Assembly (NCBI GenBank): GCA_043778225.1
Contig: JAYWGM010000104.1
Coordinates: forward strand, 1-12,179
Direction of reading: 5' to 3'
Source of the DNA: Deinococcales bacterium
GTDB taxonomy: Bacteria > Deinococcota > Deinococci > Deinococcales > JAAFIG01
Length of the DNA stretch: 12,179 bases
This document shows, one piece after another, positions 8,501 through 12,179 of this stretch. Every line of letters starts with the position of its first letter. The first letter of the stretch is position 1. Below the pieces are notes generated by a model, which searched no databases, was not told the DNA's origin, and saw only the letters and a program-made list of their open reading frames with translations. A program made the translations under genes and the position numbers.

Positions 8501-8964
8501 GTACCCAAATCGCGGTGTTCTTAGGTTCAGGAGATGGTAATTTAACCCCTGCCACACCAATAACAACCACGGCTCGAGCCTTTGCTCTAACCGACATCAA
8601 CGCCGATAACACCCCTGATATTATTTACGCCACTGGTACAAACCTCGAGTACCGCTTAAATAGCGCACGTGTTTTCGGCAGTCCTCAAGTCATCAATAGC
8701 CCATTTCAACCTGTTACATCCAACAGCCTAGCCATTGGTGATTTTAACGGTGATGGTTTCAATGACTTGCTTGCTACCAATGGCAATAATGTCATGCTTT
8801 ATGGTGGGCTTTCGACAGGTGGTTTTGCCGTGTTTGCAACAGCTTCTGAGGCTGGTTTAAGCCCAAGCAAATTACAAGCTGCCGATATTAACCAAGATGG
8901 CTTACTAGATGCGTTTGTCACTAACATAACTGAAAATTCGATTACCTTGCTGCTCCGTTTCTAA
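5587..8964 (+). CDS. Lipoprotein 3 (1125 aa; start may be ATG 5593): shared N-terminal domain, Ig-like domain and 14 FG-GAP/VCBS repeats
   Basis: Lipobox LVGC. An Ig-like segment reads FDAPLDSSSL...VQFTPT...GEEVLLSVTNQLRS. Fourteen DxNxDGxxD-like motifs run from DLNNDGKAD to DINQDGLLD. Confidence 0.9.
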   Translation: MLMKPFLLVQSAVFVVLVGCTSIPTPVDSNDKVLGRLEVVFSSESAAPKAVFSSAKLGTAALTVQPEASFTFVPPTSVLTRDASGIRTLSATFGITQTSGSTLQNIMLVAYNQADNNVGGTAVKNIFTFGGSASSSNAQSIKPAHGTNGSLAVDPFRADMGILLPLEANNLTVAARNAGVIGASDTALEYGFIARRSATSHLRSIASGSTGQVTLAVQLPTAQDNAPTTAPYRFALTFIVTTDDTDIVTQSLEEQNNDALVSARIAAIGKSTTVRLLRGSSFTGRPQQRLCGTRLATGNAAFLTAPSLGFLGARLNPDSTLTADFDAPLDSSSLGNGLVIQGLRSGKRLAGLSLVGNSVQFTPTSPTQEFSHGEEVLLSVTNQLRSVEGGQLCGQPAQSKLFRMDSSRKDQVLSYRRPIKIAMNAGTLGGQRISALADLNNDGKADLVTISMLESKVFTRLGTGLDNTYFGALTTTNLIERPKDLDIADMNSDSLLDLVIHNLGSPSSFSILLGNGLGGFSSLTTFPLTGTGNEDVLALGDVTGDGKPDLVTLENTSIRLELVVVTRANSTIAGAFIPTFGAIGRQIITINSTTNTSPPSPHRLVIDDLDLNGVADTIIAIQKTFEGNNDFTLLYKSMNGGAFQSLDALQSQSCTIATANLDNDPQKEIGFACNGQNSAIRFPNNSLTLLQKSNLLILENSVFADLNGDGKKEWITVGINNTSTLAQSSLEVRYSAEGGLFGFSTMIPGFLTPQGDNGNQNLFGVAAADLNGDGKLEIVAGDDDAGAQVWRHEKIGSFRKISVSALNPRDIMAADLTNDGKTDIAVANVQTSGIYLHRGTDNGFATQESIAVQSSQVTLASGDANNDGRVDAFVAAGFGLGIQLSSRTGGFTAGTGTAESFTIQGLAVTDFNNDGNLDAIVSGFGTAPLRILLGDGTGAFTTGTTQASTDVSQLMVADINADGNMDVLALQSTQIAVFLGSGDGNLTPATPITTTARAFALTDINADNTPDIIYATGTNLEYRLNSARVFGSPQVINSPFQPVTSNSLAIGDFNGDGFNDLLATNGNNVMLYGGLSTGGFAVFATASEAGLSPSKLQAADINQDGLLDAFVTNITENSITLLLRF

Positions 8965-8969
8965 GTGGG

Positions 8970-9003
8970 TTCGTAACGCTTCGTAACGGCAGGAGCTTAT
9001 CTT
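8970..9003 (+). promoter_or_regulatory. Type A-like box (TTCGTAACG-C-TTCGTAACG) + 9 nt + TATCTT hexamer, oriented antisense to the regulator
   Basis: Direct repeat at 8970-8978 and 8980-8988. TANNNT at 8998-9003 has the same 9-nt spacing as the other five copies. Confidence 0.5.
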
Positions 9004-11846
9004 GTTTTTTTGGTCAGCATCGGCTCGAGTTTTGGTAAGCCTTGGGCAAAGGCAATCGCTTGGTCTACGCTCATGGCTTGCCCTTGTTGGTAGGCAGCCT
9101 CGGCTTTGGCTTGCCCTAGGGCAGTTCTGGCTTGGTTCTCGAGTTGCAAAAAATGCTGGTACTGATGCTCGGCAAGTGGTGAATCAAGGCGCTCGAGAGC
9201 GACTGTTGTTGCCCCAAAGAGTGTCAGGGCTTGGGCTTGGTAGCCTTGGCGAACCAGTGGTTGGGTCAAAACAAGCATGGCGTAAATGGCATCACGGTAA
9301 CGTCCATCGCGCAGGAGTGGCAGCGCCTCGAGCAGGTGTTGTTGGGCTAAAGCATCGTTGCCTTCGGCTATTGCAGCTTCGCCTAAGCCGTATAACGAAG
9401 CGCCGATGTTGGTTTGGTTGCCAAGCGCTCGGGTCAAGGACAGGCTTTGTTCGATCAATTGGTATTTTTCGGGGCTGGGTGGCAGGATGTCGGCAATGTT
9501 CTGCAAAGCAATGGCTTGTCCGTTGCGGTGTCCACAAATGTTGGCGCATTCAAGGCTCTGTTCAAAGTATTGCTTGGCAATTATTTTGTCGTTGCGGTCA
9601 CAGGCGATTCGTCCAAGGTCATTCAAGGTGTTGACCATGCCATGAACATCATTTTCTTGGCGTTGGATTTGTAGGGCTTGGCGGATGCGAATTTCGGCGG
9701 CTTGAAGTTGTCCGCGCATGATTGCATTTGCGCCCCACCACCCAAGGGCTTTGGCATGAAGCACAGGCTGGTCGAGTATCGAAAAAATTTTGATCGCATT
9801 CTCGAGGTGCTGACAGGCTCGGGAGTACAGTGCCAAAAAATCACCTTGGATACCCAATGCCAATTCGGCTCGAGCCAATAACAAGGCATCGCTGGGTGGT
9901 TGGTACTGGGCAATCGCGGTTTGAAGGGCGTTCCAGGCTTCAAGGGTGCGTGAACGCAAATGAAAATAGCGTGGTAAAGCTGCCAAGGTTCGCAACACCA
10001 AAGCAGGGTCGGTGTTGTATTCAAAGACCGCCATGATATTTTGGTGCTGACTGGTGACTTTGTTGAGCCAAGTGATTTGTTGCGGTCCGCCGCGCAGGGC
10101 TATTTCGGCTTGCTCGGCAAAATGGGCAAAATACTGGGCGTGTGTGCGTTGCAGCTTCTTCAAAGCTGGTTGCTCGAGTTTTTTAAGCGCATAAGTTTGT
10201 ACCAAAGGGTGCAGTTCGTAACGCCCTCCATGTTGATGCAGCAATGACCGTGCCAGCAAACCGAGCAGTGAACGCGCCGAGACCCCCATACCTTCAAGTG
10301 CGGCTGGTCGGTCAAAACCACCTTGGAAGACACTGATGGCGCTCAGGGTTTGGCGCAAGTCATCCTCGAGTAATTCCCATGAATGCTCAAAAACCGTGCG
10401 TAAAGACCGATGCGCCTCGGGAATTTCTGGCTCGTTGACCTCGAGCCATTCGGCATTGGCTTCTAAACCTTCAATCAAGGCTTCTAAACTCAGTTCGCCC
10501 AGCCAAGCGGCAGCCAGTTCTAACCCAAGTGGTAAACCCTGCACAAGTTGACAGATTCGTAAAATACCCGCCAAGGTGTTGGAGTTTAAGGTAAAACCAC
10601 CACGCCGCCGTGCCGCCCGTGCCACAAAAAGTTGTACTGCACTGGCAGCCCGAGCAGCTTCGAGGTCTGGGTTATCTGGGTAAGCCAATCCCCCTAAGGT
10701 CAATACCCATTCGTTGGGGATGTTCAAAGCCACTCGAGAAGTCAAAAGCAAAGTCAGTTGCGGGGCTGCTTCCAGCCAAGCATTGAGCGGTTCGGCAAGC
10801 CCACCAAGATGCTCGACGTTATCCAGCACCAAAAGGACACGACTTTCTTGGAAGTGTTGACCGATTTGTAACCACGGGCTACTGTCAGCCCGTAAGTTAA
10901 AGCCAAGCACAGCAGCGACTGCCAAAGGCACATCATCTGGGTTGCGAATATCGCGCAGGGTCAACCAAATGGCACGGTCAAATAGGTTTTTTTGCTGCTC
11001 GAGAATTTCTTTGGCAAGGGTGGTTTTGCCGATGCCACCGAGTCCACGCAACATCATTAAACGTGTGCCTGCCATAAATTGAGCGCCTATCTCGGCTTGT
11101 TCGGCTTGACGACCGACAAATCGCAAATTTGTATCTGGCTGTACTTGTCCTTTTAAGGTTGCAACCAGCGCCAGTGTTTCGGGTTGAGGTTCGACCCCTA
11201 AATCGGTGCGTAAACGCGCTTGAAACAATTCAAATTGGCGCAGCGCCACTTGGTTTGAGCCAAGCACTGTGGCGTGTTTGAGTAAGCCATGCAAGGCTTC
11301 TTCGTTGTATGGGTCAAGCTCGAGTAACTGCACCAATAAATTTGGCAAACTGGCATCTGGGCTTGAATCGAGTTCTTGGATTCGTCCAATCAGGGCTGTG
11401 CGCCAATCTTCATGCAGTGCGGCACGTTCGGTCTCGAGCCATGCTCCAAAAGCAGTCGGGGTTAAAAGCCCCTCGAGTAACGCACCGCCGTAGACCGCCA
11501 ATGCTTTTTGCCAATCGGCTTGACGAATCGCGGTTCTAAATTGGCTCACATCGGATGGCACACTTAAACGCAGTGCCTTGGTATTGCCCTCTATCGCCTT
11601 AGCCCACTTGAGGTTTTTAGAGCGGTGCAAAAGTTGCCGTAAATTATTACGAGCATCGGACTCGGGTACATCTGCCCATAAAAGCGTGGCGATTTCGGCA
11701 CGTTCGACCCAAGTTTCGGCTGCCGCCAAATAGGCGAATAACCACAGCATTGGGCTGGGTGGAATCGCTGTTTGATCAACCCAGCGTGCCGAACCCAACA
11801 AGCGCAAAGGCACGGCGGTCACAGGCAAAGCAAAAATCCCTGTCAT
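8997..11846 (-). CDS. AfsR/SARP-family large ATP-binding transcriptional regulator (wHTH + BTAD + NB-ARC-like P-loop + TPR repeats)
   Basis: wHTH motifs RAEIATLLW...NNLRQLLHR; BTAD motifs DVSQF...ALAVYGGALLEG...LELDPYNE...LGVEP; Walker A GLGGIGKT, Walker B LLVLDNVEH and GLPLGLELAA; C-terminal TPR-like helices. I placed the start at ATG 11846 because TATCGT lies 7 nt upstream. The open frame extends to 11912. Confidence 0.9.
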   Translation of the reverse strand: MTGIFALPVTAVPLRLLGSARWVDQTAIPPSPMLWLFAYLAAAETWVERAEIATLLWADVPESDARNNLRQLLHRSKNLKWAKAIEGNTKALRLSVPSDVSQFRTAIRQADWQKALAVYGGALLEGLLTPTAFGAWLETERAALHEDWRTALIGRIQELDSSPDASLPNLLVQLLELDPYNEEALHGLLKHATVLGSNQVALRQFELFQARLRTDLGVEPQPETLALVATLKGQVQPDTNLRFVGRQAEQAEIGAQFMAGTRLMMLRGLGGIGKTTLAKEILEQQKNLFDRAIWLTLRDIRNPDDVPLAVAAVLGFNLRADSSPWLQIGQHFQESRVLLVLDNVEHLGGLAEPLNAWLEAAPQLTLLLTSRVALNIPNEWVLTLGGLAYPDNPDLEAARAASAVQLFVARAARRRGGFTLNSNTLAGILRICQLVQGLPLGLELAAAWLGELSLEALIEGLEANAEWLEVNEPEIPEAHRSLRTVFEHSWELLEDDLRQTLSAISVFQGGFDRPAALEGMGVSARSLLGLLARSLLHQHGGRYELHPLVQTYALKKLEQPALKKLQRTHAQYFAHFAEQAEIALRGGPQQITWLNKVTSQHQNIMAVFEYNTDPALVLRTLAALPRYFHLRSRTLEAWNALQTAIAQYQPPSDALLLARAELALGIQGDFLALYSRACQHLENAIKIFSILDQPVLHAKALGWWGANAIMRGQLQAAEIRIRQALQIQRQENDVHGMVNTLNDLGRIACDRNDKIIAKQYFEQSLECANICGHRNGQAIALQNIADILPPSPEKYQLIEQSLSLTRALGNQTNIGASLYGLGEAAIAEGNDALAQQHLLEALPLLRDGRYRDAIYAMLVLTQPLVRQGYQAQALTLFGATTVALERLDSPLAEHQYQHFLQLENQARTALGQAKAEAAYQQGQAMSVDQAIAFAQGLPKLEPMLTKKTR

Positions 11847-11930
11847 TGAATCCACGATAATCAGTATGCAACTTTTGATCACTTTTGCCAAATACGATTG
11901 GCTTTGTGCCAATCCTCGGCTGGTGTCTAA

Positions 11931-11963
11931 AAGTACGTCCGTGTGACGCTCGAGCAGTAATTT
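11931..11963 (+). promoter_or_regulatory. Type B box variant (AAGTACGTCCGTGTGACG) + 9 nt + TAATTT -10-like hexamer
   Basis: 11931-11950 matches 121-140 at 18 of 20 positions. TAATTT is at 11958-11963 and an ATG at 11970 lies at leaderless distance. Confidence 0.6.
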
Positions 11964-12122
11964 ATGCGTATGAAGCCTTTTTTACGTGTTCAAAGTGCTG
12001 TTTTTGCTGTTCTGGTCGGTTGTACGTCCATGCCTACTACACCCGCGCCAGTTGAGTCTAGTCAAGTCCTCGGGCGGCTCGAGGTAGGGCAAACGCACCA
12101 AGTTGAGCTTGCTGTACCCTAA
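11964..12122 (+). pseudogene. IS-truncated fourth lipoprotein gene, paralog of the lipoprotein 3 N-terminus
   Basis: MRMKPFLRVQSAVFAVLVGCTSMPTTPAPVESSQVLGRLEV closely matches MLMKPFLLVQSAVFVVLVGCTSIPTPVDSNDKVLGRLEV. Similarity stops abruptly at ~12085 and the frame ends at TAA 12120-12122. Confidence 0.8.
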
Positions 12123-12179
12123 AGAATGATTATCAATATCATCGAACATTTCAGTACCCTCGAAGACGCTCGTCGTGAC
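12085..12179 (+). mobile_element. Left end of an ISAs1-family-like element and start of its transposase (ATG 12126; partial)
   Basis: TAGGGCAAACGCA begins at the homology breakpoint and resembles YAGGG-type ISAs1 ends. The ORF MIINIIEHFSTLEDARRD resembles the ISAs1 N-terminal motif EHFxxLEDPR. Only 18 codons are visible. Confidence 0.65.

Noticed and set aside
2143..8990. Repeats as a CRISPR array or integron attC sites
   Set aside because: The copies are kilobases apart with no spacer pattern. They are direct repeats without the attC inverted structure, and no cas or integrase gene is visible.
9002..9634. 210-aa + strand ORF downstream of the box at 8970
   Set aside because: It is antisense to the regulator, its start codon overlaps the putative -10, and it has no recognisable motifs. 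It is probably a shadow ORF.
10215..10223. Single TTCGTAACG inside the regulator gene
   Set aside because: It is only one half-site with no tandem partner, so it is probably chance.
76..11779. Other short ORF-track entries (e.g. 76-306, 231-488, 1596-2084, 4554-5207, 5874-6686)
   Set aside because: They overlap well-supported genes in other frames or strands and show no recognisable protein features.
8997..11846. Regulator as an Avs/NLR-type antiphage protein
   Set aside because: The N-terminus is a wHTH-BTAD transcriptional activator module rather than a nuclease or other toxic effector, so an AfsR-like regulator fits better.
195..12083. CTCGAG sites as SARP TCGAG-type operators
   Set aside because: They are scattered through coding regions without 11-bp tandem phasing, which fits a general iterated palindrome better.

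Overview
A ~12 kb accessory locus with insertion-sequence fragments at both ends: the 3' end of an IS5-family transposase on the left and the start of an ISAs1-like element on the right. It carries three large + strand lipoprotein genes. They share a ~230-aa N-terminal domain that I cannot assign to a family, followed by different C-terminal repeat modules: a GGAI/Pmp-like beta-helix, 14 RCC1 repeats, or an Ig-like domain plus 14 FG-GAP repeats. A - strand AfsR-like regulator (wHTH-BTAD-P-loop-TPR) follows, then a divergent fourth lipoprotein gene truncated by the ISAs1-like element. Two features are missing from the ORF track. First, two paralogous 43-aa peptides with a lasso-leader-like YEPPIL motif each overlap (ATGA) the start of the next lipoprotein gene. 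Second, a promoter-like pattern (ACG-N7/8-ACG-N9-TANNNT) occurs six times, resembles a SARP-activated promoter, and one copy points antisense into the regulator. CTCGAG is about 20-fold over-represented by hand count. A Deinococcota host is an inference only.
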